A DNA stretch of 63,697 nucleotides, counting the filler, from Octopus bimaculoides (Eukaryota): NCBI RefSeq assembly GCF_001194135.2. It is 8 parts of 8 records of this genome, joined end to end, with 100 filler letters (N's around TTAATTAATTAA, not from the genome) between each part and the next. Parts side by side here need not be neighbours in the genome. Positions count along the whole stretch, not along the records: positions 1 to 22,162 come from NC_068997.1; 7 more parts are not named here. One strand, written 5' to 3'. The first letter of the stretch is position 1, and every line of letters starts with the position of its first letter. Below the pieces are notes generated by a model. The model ran no database searches, was not told where the DNA came from, and was given only the letters and a program-made list of their open reading frames with translations. This document shows, in pieces, positions 1-10,519 of the stretch. Made by a program: the position numbers and the translations under genes.

Positions 1-567
1 ATCTTATATATATATGTATATATTCCCTAGTTTTGAAGGATCATAGTCAAGAAACTGAATCATTTACTTTTCTTTCTGTATTAAAATATTTGGAATAAAC
101 ATTGAAACAATGCTTATTCCAAATTATCCTCGACGTCACCGAAACTTTTCATTCTTATCCAAAGAATAAGAAAATAATGACGAGGAAGAGTGCATTCGAT
201 TGAATAGACTTCGGTATATGTTTGGTAATTAATTTGTCGACCCAGAGGTAGATAAAAGAACATTGATCTCAGTTATATTTTAGTTCAGAGACATACGAAA
301 CCATATGCAGTTAAGCAATTAGTGTGAATCATGTTGTTTCCGCCTCTGCTTCTGCTCTTCAGAGACAAGTAGAAATAAACAAGTGATTTATTATTTGCAA
401 TGAATAAGGATATAAAGGAAATTTCTATTATTTTCCACACAACGATGTATGTCAGGATACTGATTCACGCAGGATATTTACATGGAAATTCACTGTGAAA
501 GATGTATCCCATACCCGAGAGAAATAGTTTTCGATCTTTTACACAATCTGATATTATTTTCCAAAGC

Positions 568-787
568 AAGGCTGCGAGCTGGCAGAATCGTTAGCACGCC
601 GGGAGAAATGCTTTGCGGTATTTCGTCTGTCTTCATCTTCGTTCTGAATTCAAATTCCGCCGAGGTCGACTTTGCCTTTCATCCTTTCAAAGTCGTTGAA
701 ATAGTACCAGTTAAGCACTGGGGTCGAAGTAATCGATTTATCCTTCCCCCGAAATTGCTGGCCTTGTGTCAAAATTTGAAATCAATA
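568..787 (+). mobile_element. SINE family A (tRNA-derived), full length, tail type 1
   Basis: Head GCGAGCTGGCAGAATCGTTAGCACGCCGGG, B-box-like GTTCTGAATTCAAATTCC, body GAGGTCGACTTTGCCTTTCATCCTTT and tail GCTGGCCTTGTGTCAAAATTTGAAATC; recurs more than 20 times in the window. Confidence 0.9.
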
Positions 788-847
788 TCATTTTCTAAAA
801 CGATTAGCTGAAAGAATCATTAGGGTGATGAACAAAATGATTTTTTC

Positions 848-998
848 CGGCTCTACGTTCTGAGTTCATATCAGGCTGAGGTTGATTTTGGTTTTCATCC
901 TTTAGGAGTCGATAAAATAAAGTATCAGTCAAGTACTGGAGTTGATGTAAATGATTATACCACTTCCTCTTTGATTATCTTGGCGAATTTGACATCTA
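848..998 (+). mobile_element. SINE family A, 5'-truncated and diverged
   Basis: ACGTTCTGAGTTCA...TTTCATCCTTTAGGAGTCGATAAAATAAAGTATCAGT matches the family A body. Confidence 0.75.
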
Positions 999-1265
999 AA
1001 ATACCAAATTGTATTCCAAGAGTGATGTACAATCACCCATCGATGTAAAAACACAAAGACTCGTAGAATAAGTCTCCTAACACACTCAAAAGTAGAAAAA
1101 TGCCTGAAATCTGTGTGGGAGGAAAGGACGTACATCGCTCATAGAATACAATTTGGTATGGTAGATGACAGATTCGCCACGATAACCAAAGCAAGGAGCC
1201 ATTAGTTCCCACCCATTTGAGAGCGAGTGCTTCACTCTCATATCAATGTGTATGGGCAAATATAT

Positions 1266-1446
1266 GACGCTGGACGAAATGCTGAACAGTATTTCGCCTG
1301 TCGCTACGTTCTGAGTTCAAATTCCGCCGATACCGACTTAGCCTTTCTTTCTTTCGGTAAATTAAGTACCAGTTGTATGCTTGGGTCGATCTAATCGACT
1401 GGCCCCTTCCCCCAAAGTTTCAGGCCTTGTGCCTATAATAGGAAGG

Positions 1447-1500
<54 letters not shown>
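1266..1500 (+). mobile_element. SINE family A, tail type 2, followed by (ATT)n
   Basis: Family A body, tail CAGGCCTTGTGCCTATAATAGGAAGG, then an (ATT)n run at about 1448-1500. Confidence 0.85.
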
Positions 1501-2491
1501 TCGTGTTGATATTCCAAACAAAGGGCTTTGGACATCTGTGATTGTTGTTTGTGAGGCTTGGATAACATTTTGAAGGACTAGAAATAGTTTCAGTACAATT
1601 CGAAGAAAATTTCTGATACGAAGTCATAACCAGCACGCTTGTGCTGTAACAACATTGGCGATATTTTAACACATTGATGTGTGGTAAGTTAAATCCTAAT
1701 TAATTACTAAACTAGTATGTATTCTCTTGTAATGAGTCTCAATAATTCAGATTCCGAAACTTTATTCACGCTACTCCACCTTTTATCCCTCAGAAAATAA
1801 CGCTTACCCAACGAATTTTGTCGGGAGGTTGAACCAAGATATTCCCAAAGCGATAAAATTGCTAACTCAAGTTTCTGGGCTATTTTATCACATTCGTTTA
1901 TCCCATGACATTTATGTAACCCTAGTTTAAACATAGTCATATCGGTGTCAAAGATCCGTGCTATTCTCTCCCAAGTTCCCTATCTCTGTATTATAATGCT
2001 CACTCAGGAAATAAATATAATATTTTTATTCAGAATATAGTTGAGGTAAAATACCTCAGTTATTATTACATCGAAACGAATGTCTTTATTTACCGATATT
2101 AAACACCATTCTGCCATGCCTGCTTTTGTTCATTTTATTTATATCTACGAATTCTACTGTTAGAGATGTTTATCACACATAGTTTTCTTATGATAGATTG
2201 TATCAGATTTTCGGATGTGTAGGAAAGGAACATTGAATTGTACATTTCTCTATATAATGCATATCGAGTCACGTGTTTAAAAGCTGTTTGGAATTCTTTA
2301 AAACATGTATAAGCATGATTGTCTGGAAGACTGTTAAATACACAGATAAAGCTAATGATATAGAAATATAGAACTAGGTAAGATTATAGGCTTCAATGTG
2401 TATCCAATACTGCCTGTTCTTCGGTATATGGTTGTTGGTTTAAATGCGTCCAGTTTGTGGTTTGCATACTAGTTACAAATATTGACACGTG

Positions 2492-2680
2492 TCCAGCAAT
2501 TTCGAGGTTGGAGGTAAGTCAATTACATCGACCCCACTGCTCAACTGGTACTTATTTTATCGACCCTGAAACGATGAAAGGCAAAGTCGACCGCGGCGGA
2601 ATTTGGACTCGGAACGTAAAGTCGGATGAAATACCGCTAAGTGTTTTGTCCGGCGCGCTAACGATTCTGCTCGCCGCCTT
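2492..2680 (-). mobile_element. SINE family A
   Basis: Reverse complement of the family A head and body (…CTAACGATTCTGCTCGCCGCCTT). Confidence 0.85.
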
Positions 2681-2732
2681 AGTTTGTGGTTACTTATTCA
2701 TAAACTCCTCTGGAGTCGATGTGATCAACTCC

Positions 2733-2877
2733 TCTGAGTTCAAATTCGGCTGAGGCTGACTTTGCCTTTCATCCTTCCAGGGTCGATAAAATAAGAACCA
2801 GATGAACACTGGCGTCGATGTAAGCGACTTATCCCTCCCCCGAAATTGCTGGCTTTGTGCCAAAATTTGAAATCAAT
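2733..2877 (+). mobile_element. SINE family A, 5'-truncated, tail type 1
   Basis: TCTGAGTTCAAATTCGGCTGAGG…GCTGGCTTTGTGCCAAAATTTGAAATC. Confidence 0.85.
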
Positions 2878-3496
2878 CTTAACATGGATATTAGTACGAA
2901 TTTAGAAACATAAATATTTCCGACATTTTAATTTAGTCAAAATGTTAAAAAAGTAAAACACACACACACACACACGCACACAAACCAACAAAATAAATAT
3001 AGCAACCAAACACAGGAGTTTAAAAATAATCAGATATTATTTTTCGGTTTCAAAGTCGTACATTAAAATACTGGGAGGGAATGTTAAGAACAATCCAGTG
3101 AATGCATTGAAACGACAGGAAGTTAACACAGTTAGCAAAATGGCTGATCCATTTACTGGTACTATTAAGAGAAAATCTTCATAAACATATTTTACATATT
3201 TGATTATAAGATGTAGTCTTTCAAGGGTGTGGGAGCTTTAAACTATAATGTGGAGTTGTTTCTCTAATACACCAATACAAATATTTTCTTTCCACATTAT
3301 TTAATGTTGTTGATATTTTGTCAATACCCAGAAGGTGACGAGTTGGCAAAATATAGTAGAATACGGGCCAAAACCTGTCACAGTATTTACTTTCAGTTCA
3401 TTATTCAATGTTCCGAGTTCAAATGCTGCTGTGGTATTTTTTGTATTTTATCTCAGAGAGAGAGAGAGAAATTAAGTAGCAGTCACATATTCATTA

Positions 3497-3707
3497 AAAA
3501 TTTTGGCACAAGGCCAGCAATTTCGGGGGGAAGGGGGTAAGTCGATTACGTCGAGCCCACTGCTCAACTGGTACTTATTTTATCGACCTCCCAAGGATGA
3601 AAAGGTAAAGTCGACCTCGGTGGAATTTGAACTCAGAACATATGGACGGATAAAGTGCAGCTAAGCACTTCGCCCGACATAATAATGAATCTGGCTGCTC
3701 ACCGCCT
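3497..3707 (-). mobile_element. SINE family A, tail type 1
   Basis: TTTTGGCACAAGGCCAGCAATTTCGG…GCTCACCGCCTT, the reverse complement of family A. Confidence 0.85.
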
Positions 3708-4054
3708 TCGAGTGGCAGTTATATATTGGCATTGACTCAATCGATGTTACACTCTACTTATATAGGCTGGCTTCGCGCCTGTTTATTAAAAAAAATCTAA
3801 CAGAAAAAAATATTTGTCTGGAAGACGAATGTCATGTACTATAAAGGCTGCTAAACTAACTCTGAAACTCAGTTTCAATTCCTTGCGACGTCGCGTGGTT
3901 GTTCCAGCATCTCAGCCTCAAGATCGTTGGCGGTAATTCTGAGAGTGTCTTCGTTTGTTTCCGTCTATAAAGTGAATAGTGTAATTAAGAAGCTACAATA
4001 ATTTTTACAGAAGATATAAGATTGATTCAATCGATAATTAATTGTAAAAATGTT

Positions 4055-4126
4055 AATCAATAGCTTTAGTGGTTAGGATTCCTTTTTTCCACCGAGGTGT
4101 CTTGGGTTCGATCCTTGGTGTGGGAA
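4055..4126 (+). pseudogene. tRNA-Glu-like pseudogene or orphan SINE head
   Basis: TAGTGGTTAGGATTCC…CACC…GGGTTCGATCCTTGGTGTGGGAA follows eukaryotic tRNA-Glu(TTC); 5' acceptor strand and anticodon arm are corrupted. Confidence 0.7.
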
Positions 4127-4168
4127 CTTGTTAGTTAATGCTGGTACATCAGAATTGTCACAGCCTCT

Positions 4169-4900
4169 GGCCGAAACAAGTGAATGCAGCTGTTGCTCTC
4201 ACTGTTTTTGAAATTTTAAAATTGTGTGGAAATTTTCATATTTGGTATATTGATGTAATTTTTCACGCTGAATCTGGTTTTGTTATTCACTTGTTTCAGA
4301 AAATTTTTAGAAAAATGTTATATAGATTTAAATTTTGATGATTTTTACCCAATCAGAAAACAGGATTTGGAAGCTGGCATTTTGTGCGTGATAGCTGTCT
4401 ATCACAGCATTACGACGACAAACTTTTATTAAACAAAATGAAAGCAAAACATTAAGACGACGAAAGTCAGTTTATGTAAACAAATGATACATTTTTTGGA
4501 GCGAAAATTCAAAAACGAAAGTTTGAGATACACTCTAGGAGTCTCTCAAACAAATTTCAATTTTCGTTTCTTTTGTGCCTCATAAACTCGCATCTATCTC
4601 AACAATCTTCCCAGGACCGCCAATCTGAACTGTGTTGCAGAACAGGTCTTCCGCACATATTTCACGAACATAGCTGTTATAGTCAAAAGTTGTGCAGTGG
4701 CTCATCCCCAGTTCTTCAACACAAAACCGGACTGAAGTTAATCCCTTGACCCATGAGTAAAGGAAAGAAAGCAGTACAGGTCTAAGAGGAAGGGTGCCAC
4801 CTTCAAAATATATATCTTTCCTGGCAGACACATACTCGTTGCGTCCTATTCAGGAACAACGCCAGTAAATTTTTCGGCGAAGCATCTTTGGAGAATCTGC
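4169..4900 (-). mobile_element. Merlin (IS1016/IS1595-like) DNA transposon deletion derivative
   Basis: Minus-strand peptide YWRC…SARKDIYFEGGTLPLRPVLLSFLYSW…ELGMSHCTTFDYNSYVREICAEDL…VQIGGPGKIVEIDAS matches the Merlin transposase N-terminal half up to the first catalytic D. It is joined to a non-coding end starting GGCCGAAACAAGTGAAT (terminus assignment is inference). Confidence 0.8.
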
Positions 4901-5130
4901 GTCACTTTCTTTTGTTCTTTCTCTGTGAAACCGAATATTTCTAGGTTTTTGTGTAAATTTGTTGGTACATAACCTAATGCAATTATGATGATAGGTATAA
5001 ATGAGAATTCATAGTCAGGGTACAAGAACTGTAAGTTTCGTAGTAATTCGTCACAAATGTTCTCTTTTCCTGGACTTTTAATTGCATGGGTGTGCGTATG
5101 TATGTATGTATGTATGTATTTATGTATGTA

Positions 5131-5398
5131 TGATGCTACACACCATACTATTCATGTCTGTCGGGGATGTGGAAGGGAGTGTGATTCAGCAGGAGGACTT
5201 AAACGACACGCAAATGTACATGGAGCCCAATTACAACAACAGCCAGCTATTGCCAGTAAAGGTTTTGGATGCCAACTCTGTGCAAGACATTGTAGATCTT
5301 TGGCTGGGCTAAAAAGTCACATTCGATCACAGCACCGTTAAGTTAAGCTTCGTGCAATGGCCATACTCGATAACGAGGGGGCAGCCATCATCATCATG
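5131..5398 (+). mobile_element. RTE-clade LINE 3' end with two C2H2-type fingers
   Basis: HVCRGCGRECDSAGGLKRHANVH…CQLCARHCRSLAGLKSHIRSQHR-stop, short 3' UTR ending GCCATCATCATCAT, no upstream reading frame (fused to a TATG microsatellite). Confidence 0.7.
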
Positions 5399-6464
5399 TA
5401 TGTATGTGTGTGTGTGTGTGTGTATGTATGAATGCAAATGTGAGCATATGTGTCAAAGAAAAGCGTTCTTTTTGTCGTCCTTCTTGTAACTATTTTAATT
5501 ATCCTTGTCGTCAATTAAGTTAAGAACCTTAAATAGTTTACAATATATGGAAACAGGTGAGCAATGTCCACGGGAATTGCATCTAGCTGTAGAGAAATCT
5601 GTCTCAATAAATTCCATCTCGCTCGAGCAAGCATGAGAAATTGGACATTAAACGATGATGATGATATACAACAAAGAAAAATATACATTTTATGCTATTT
5701 TCCCCTTTTAATAACGCATGGAAGAATTAGATAAGAGGGATAATTCTAAAATGTATAATTTTCTATTAAAAGAAATAAATACTTGCCTATAGTGATGATC
5801 AAGATTGTATATGTATTTTGACTCCAGACAGAGTTGATTTTGATTTTTATCCTCCTGGGTCATTAAAACAAACAAATGATATAAAACATTAATATACTTT
5901 CGACAATGATTCTATATATTTCAAAAGAAACCAACATTGCCCTTTGTCAAAACAAACCAGAAATTAGTCTTAGTATATTTTATAATCAAACTAGTATTTA
6001 TATACATTAAGGGCGGGAATTTCGTGTAAATGTAGAAAATTGTATTTCGTGCATTAAGTGTGATCGTACTTAGTAACTTCCTTCTACATTCAAAGTGTAA
6101 ATCATGATAAGCTTCAGTTTGTCTTTCATCCTTTCGGTAACCCCAATAATTTAATTGGCTTCGTTTAAGCGGTTATCCATCTGCTTTAGAGAGACTGAAA
6201 TTTTTTTATTGACGTTCTCATTTGTCTGTGTACTTGAATGTAACCCATGTATAATTTGCATAAATCATTTAGAATACTATAAAATATATTGTATGTGATG
6301 GCGTATAAGATGCATAAAAGAAAATCACCCTGGGTACTGTGCAAAAGCTTTCATGCACTAAGAACTCCATTTTCTTGAATATGCGCTACTGAAACTCGGG
6401 TGCACTTAATACGGCTGTGTGTCTTTTATGTCATCAAATATGGTTTATAATATTTATCTTAGTT

Positions 6465-6750
6465 AAGGCGGCGAGCTGGCAGAAACGTTAGCACGTTCTG
6501 AGTTCAAATTCCACCGTCGATTTTGCTTTTCATCCTTTCGGGGTCGATGAATTAATTACCAGTTACACACTGGGGGTCGATGTAATCGACTTAACTCCTT
6601 TGTCTGTCCTTGTTTGTCCCCTCTATGTTTAGCCCCTTGTGGGCAATAAAGAAATAAGAAACGTTAGCACGCCGGGCAAAATGCTCGGCAGCATTTCGTC
6701 CATCTTTACATTCTGAGTTCAAATTCCGCCGAGATCAACTTTGCTTTTTG
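6465..6750 (+). mobile_element. SINE family A with internal deletion and tail type 3, plus a second partial head
   Basis: AAGGCGGCGAGCTGGCAGAAACGTTAGCACG joined directly to TTCTGAGTTC; distinct tail ending GGGCAATAAAGAAATAA; second head starts at about 6656. Confidence 0.8.
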
Positions 6751-6751
6751 C

Positions 6752-7317
6752 ATTTAATCGAGATTTGTGCTGTGTACGGAGAAGGAGCAATGCCTCAAAG
6801 TATCGCTTGCCGTTGGCTTTTGCGCTTCAAAAATGGGAATTTTGACCTCAAGGACAGATCACACACCAGTCGACCAACTGCTTTCGATGAAGAGCGATTG
6901 AATTGACGTCTTCACAAAAATCCACGTCAAACGACCAGAGAATTGGTGGAACCCAGGTTCACATCACCAATACGACCAAAACCGCGATCCAAGAACTCGA
7001 ATCGGAAGTGGTGCTCATCCTCCAGACTCTCCAGACGTGGGGCCGTCAGATTTTCATCTCTTTCGGCTGCTTTCGAACGCTCTGCGCGGTGTAGCGTTCA
7101 ATAATGACGCGGAATTGAGAGCCTGGTCGGACGAATTTTTTGAATCAAGACCGGGAGATTTCTATCGTCGAAGCATCGAAAAACTTATTGAACAATAGGA
7201 GAAAGTCGTAAACAGCAACGGAAAGTATATTAGTGATTAATTTGTTGTAGTTTATTTTTGTTTGTTGAAAATAAATTTAAAAAAAAAGAACGCTCATGAA
7301 TTATTCCTCAACCCAAT
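6752..7317 (+). mobile_element. Mariner (DD34D) internal-deletion derivative
   Basis: VYGEGAMPQSIACRWLLRFKNGNFDLKDRSHTSRP (HTH) joined to HPPDSPDVGPSDFHLFRLLSNALRG…KVVNSNGKYISD-stop; 3' TIR ends CAACCCAATA. Confidence 0.9.
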
Positions 7318-7429
7318 AAATTTAAAACAAAAGATAAAGAACTTATTAAATATTGAAACACTTTCGTGACTTTTGGCTCAACCTGTATAAGTAAACGCTT
7401 GTGTCCGTGTGTGCACGTTTTTCTGTTTG

Positions 7430-7620
7430 TTCTCACCCCATTGATAGACGACCAGTGATAATTTGATGACATACCCATAATTTAGCAGTTCAGCAAAAGA
7501 AAGTGATAGAACAAGTACCAGATTGAAAAAAAAAAAAAGCAACTAGCGTGTATTACGACTAAACACTTCAAGAGAGTGCTCCAGCATGACCATAGTACAA
7601 CAGCTGAAATGAGAGAGAAA
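7430..7620 (+). mobile_element. Composite SINE, 3' module C only, diverged
   Basis: TTAGCAGTTCAGCAAAAG…GTGCTCCAGCATGACCATAG matches module C of the B+C SINE. Confidence 0.65.
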
Positions 7621-7629
7621 AAAAGGGGT

Positions 7630-7757
7630 TGCTGGCAGCCCGAGCAAGCTGACGGTCAGGGAAATTTTCCTTGTCTTTGTCACGCCCTCCTTAGCGCCCC
7701 CTAGCACATGGTGACTCGGGCGACTGCACGAGTTGCCGGTGCCTTGACCCGGTCCTA
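7630..7757. mobile_element. Degenerate GC-rich MITE remnant, possibly hAT-like
   Basis: GC-rich island ending CCTTGACCCGGTCCT, reminiscent of CAGGGCCGGC-type MITE ends; left TIR and TSD not resolved. Confidence 0.3.
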
Positions 7758-8200
7758 TATAGGAATATTTTAATACCATTTAACCAGCTGTTGGCTAAAA
7801 TTTTTCAAGGTTTATCACCGAGTACGTTGGAACATTGAAATGCACGTAAGGCGTTAGTTATTTACTAGAATTAGTGTAGACGAAGTTGATTAGAAATATA
7901 ACAGACATGTAATATCATATGGGTTGATTACGTAATATAGTTAATATTTTTTAATGTTCATTTTATACTATAATTAGTGTTTGTCTGAGTAGATTTTCTC
8001 ATGTAATTAATATTTAAAAATATTTTTCTGTATAGAATTGTTTTGTAGTATTTGTTCATTCAGAATGACAAAAAAAGTGTTTAAGTGATTTAATGATGAA
8101 TTGATACTTATTTTCAGCCAAGTATACACCCATAGAACACACAGACACATATATACACATACATGTATGTATATGTATGGCTGTCTTTTATATGCCTTAC

Positions 8201-8240
<40 letters not shown>

Positions 8241-8275
8241 CTGTGTGTGCGTATACACATTTATATAAATGTGTG

Positions 8276-8327
<52 letters not shown>

Positions 8328-8789
8328 TTCTCACATATTTCTACGTATGTGTGTGTGTATGTGTGTGTGTATGTGCGCGCGCGCGCATATTTCCGCCTGC
8401 GTATGTTTATTAGGCTTTGTTGGTACAGTAAAATGCCTGGTGGTGTCCGTGTATAATTTCAACCCGAAATCATGCGAATATCTCTTGGGATTTTAATTAC
8501 TGGAATGATATTGAAGAACTTTCAATCTGATATTAAGGCGCGGAACCAATCTATGGTTACGTCGATACATTAATATTATACAGAACCGAATAGATTTAGG
8601 CATTAATAGAAGGAAATAAAGTAATGAACATGATATCATAGTTTCGATATAAACAATATCTGATATACTTTTTCTTTAATTTTTTTTTTTTTTTTTTTAC
8701 CCATGTAAAACAAAAGCTGTTATTTGATATTGAACTTTGGGCGTTATCTTTTGAACAGTGGAGTGAAAATAAAATAATGTTAGCTTGTT

Positions 8790-9160
8790 GTCCATTCGTA
8801 TTAACTTTGATTCAATGAATGCAGCGTGCTGGTCTTCTGAAATTTTGGTGGCATCCACCTTGTTAGTCGGGAGCGAGTAAAGCAAAGGTAAGAGGCGTTG
8901 TCCCTCTTCTCTTTGCGTGACTAATTCAACGCCAATTAGGGCACGCCTGTCGCTAAGGAGGTGCAGTGGACGGCATTGCCCACTCACTATTCAGTGGTGC
9001 ACCCTCAGATTTACAATGATAGACTTATATCGAAATTCCACTTTAGCATTATTACAAATTAGTGCCCACCCAGAATATTCTGAAGCACCTCCAGGCACTG
9101 AAGTCTGGCGATAGGCCTGAATTAGGATCAACTGCCGAATTAACGAAAATAACAGCTATG
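8790..9160 (+). mobile_element. Possible Ty3/Gypsy gag remnant
   Basis: Frameshifted pieces AKV-EAL, PVAKEVQ and PTQNILKHLQAL are weakly reminiscent of invertebrate Gypsy gag; weak. Confidence 0.3.
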
Positions 9161-9174
9161 GAGGGTGCAGCTAT

Positions 9175-9280
9175 GGGATCATTTGTCTTGCTAGAAATAG
9201 CAGCCAAATCTATTTCAAATCATATGTTTCTATCACGAAAAAGAAAAAGAAGACCATATTGGATAATGTAATCTTAGATA
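9175..9280 (+). mobile_element. SINE-like family E fragment
   Basis: TTGCTAGAAATAGCAGCCAAATCT…CATATTGGATAATGTAATC; related copies at 9775-9965, 35010-35365 and 62765-62895. Confidence 0.65.
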
Positions 9281-9294
9281 GACTGATAATGAAG

Positions 9295-9587
9295 GCGTGT
9301 GGCTAAGTGGTTCGAATATTCGGCTCTAGATCGTGAGTTCGATACCTGGCGGCGCTTTGTGTCCTTTTTATTTTATGTTACTCTAGTTCACTCACTGGCA
9401 ATAATGGATTATACTTGTATTTCAAAGGGCCACATTCTGTGTGTCAGACTGAATCTCCCTGAGAACTTCGTAAAGGGTGCATGTATCTATAGAGAGCTCA
9501 GCCACTTTCGCGTTAATTTCACGAGCAGTTTGTTCGGTTGATCAGATCAACTGGAACCCTCGTCGTCGTAACCGACGGACTGCCAGA
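9295..9587 (+). mobile_element. SINE family D (tRNA head; tail GGAACCCTCGTCGTCGTAACCGACGGACTGCCA)
   Basis: A-box-like TGGCTAAGTGG and B-box-like GAGTTCGATACC; body recurs on the minus strand at 51725-51870. Confidence 0.75.
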
Positions 9588-9774
9588 TGGACTGTCTGAA
9601 AGGACGTGATGGTCATGGTTGAAATATCTTTGACCATCGGTCCCATCGATCAGAGATAACAAAACAACAGTGAATATATTTAAATTTATGTTTGCCTCAT
9701 ATTTTAAGATCGGTCTGGAACTTTGAAACAGGTATCCCGTGGATGAATGACAATTCACCTAGCTTTTGCGTGAA

Positions 9775-9965
9775 TGTCAACTTGCTAGTAATAGCAGTCA
9801 AATCTTCACCACTTTTCTTAAAGGAAAGAGATGTATCTGATATACAATAATATTATCCTAGATACACTGTGTCTGAAATAAAAAACGAAACATCTTGGCT
9901 TTGACTCATTTGATCATAGTTTTTCTCATAGGAGTTGATCTTGGGTTAAACAATAAGGGCCAATA
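9775..9965 (+). mobile_element. SINE-like family E
   Basis: CTTGCTAGTAATAGCAGTCAAATCT…TTTGATCATAG…TGGGTTAAACAA. Confidence 0.65.
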
Positions 9966-10107
9966 CAAGTTGCTTTCTGCAAATGAATGGACGGTAGTGC
10001 AACTCCTGTATCTATTCATCATAGAACATTCGACTAAAATATCGTTCATCCCTTGCTTTAGTAGACAGCATAGCATTTCGATATAAGTTACCTACGTGTG
10101 TGTGTGT

Positions 10108-10477
10108 CCGACTTTGTTACCTCCTAACTTCCAGAAAAATGGAATTTGGTGAGCGCAAACATATACATAATGAAATACAAGTTTCATTTTGCAGCTCCAC
10201 CAATTTTGTTTTCCATATTAGATAACGACACAGTCGTAATCTACACACTCAGAAAGGTATATAGAAAATTTAATTTAAAAATATCTGTTTTTCTGAAAGT
10301 TATGAAGAAACAAAGCCAGCTGGTATGAATTTTCCGAAACTCCTCTCCTCACTCACGAAAATTGCTTTCGCAACAAGCTCCGATATGATAGGAATTTATA
10401 CCATTTGAAGCATATTAGTAAAAAATTACATTAAAACAATATCCGTTTTTCTGGAAGTTATGAGGCAACAAAGTCGG
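10108..10477. repeat. ~370-bp cassette bounded by ~36-bp inverted repeats (MITE or Chapaev subterminal region)
   Basis: CCGACTTTGTTACCTCCTAACTTCCAGAAAAATGGA versus the reverse complement of 10442-10477, CCGACTTTGTTGCCTCATAACTTCCAGAAAAACGGA; third diverged internal copy at about 10283-10319. Confidence 0.75.
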
Positions 10478-10519
10478 TGGAGGGCACACATGTGGAGATA
10501 TGTTCAAGTTCTCTTTAGT

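Noticed and set aside
482-811. 109-aa ORF, and similar ORFs at 2457, 19079, 50890, 59245 and 63341
   Set aside because: They lie within SINE copies; the same peptides (DFAFHP, GLNPEPCGW, STGTYFIDP) recur at each copy
1707-1940. 77-aa minus-strand ORF containing WEYLGS
   Set aside because: Resemblance to the RT FKYLGS motif is not supported by neighbouring motifs
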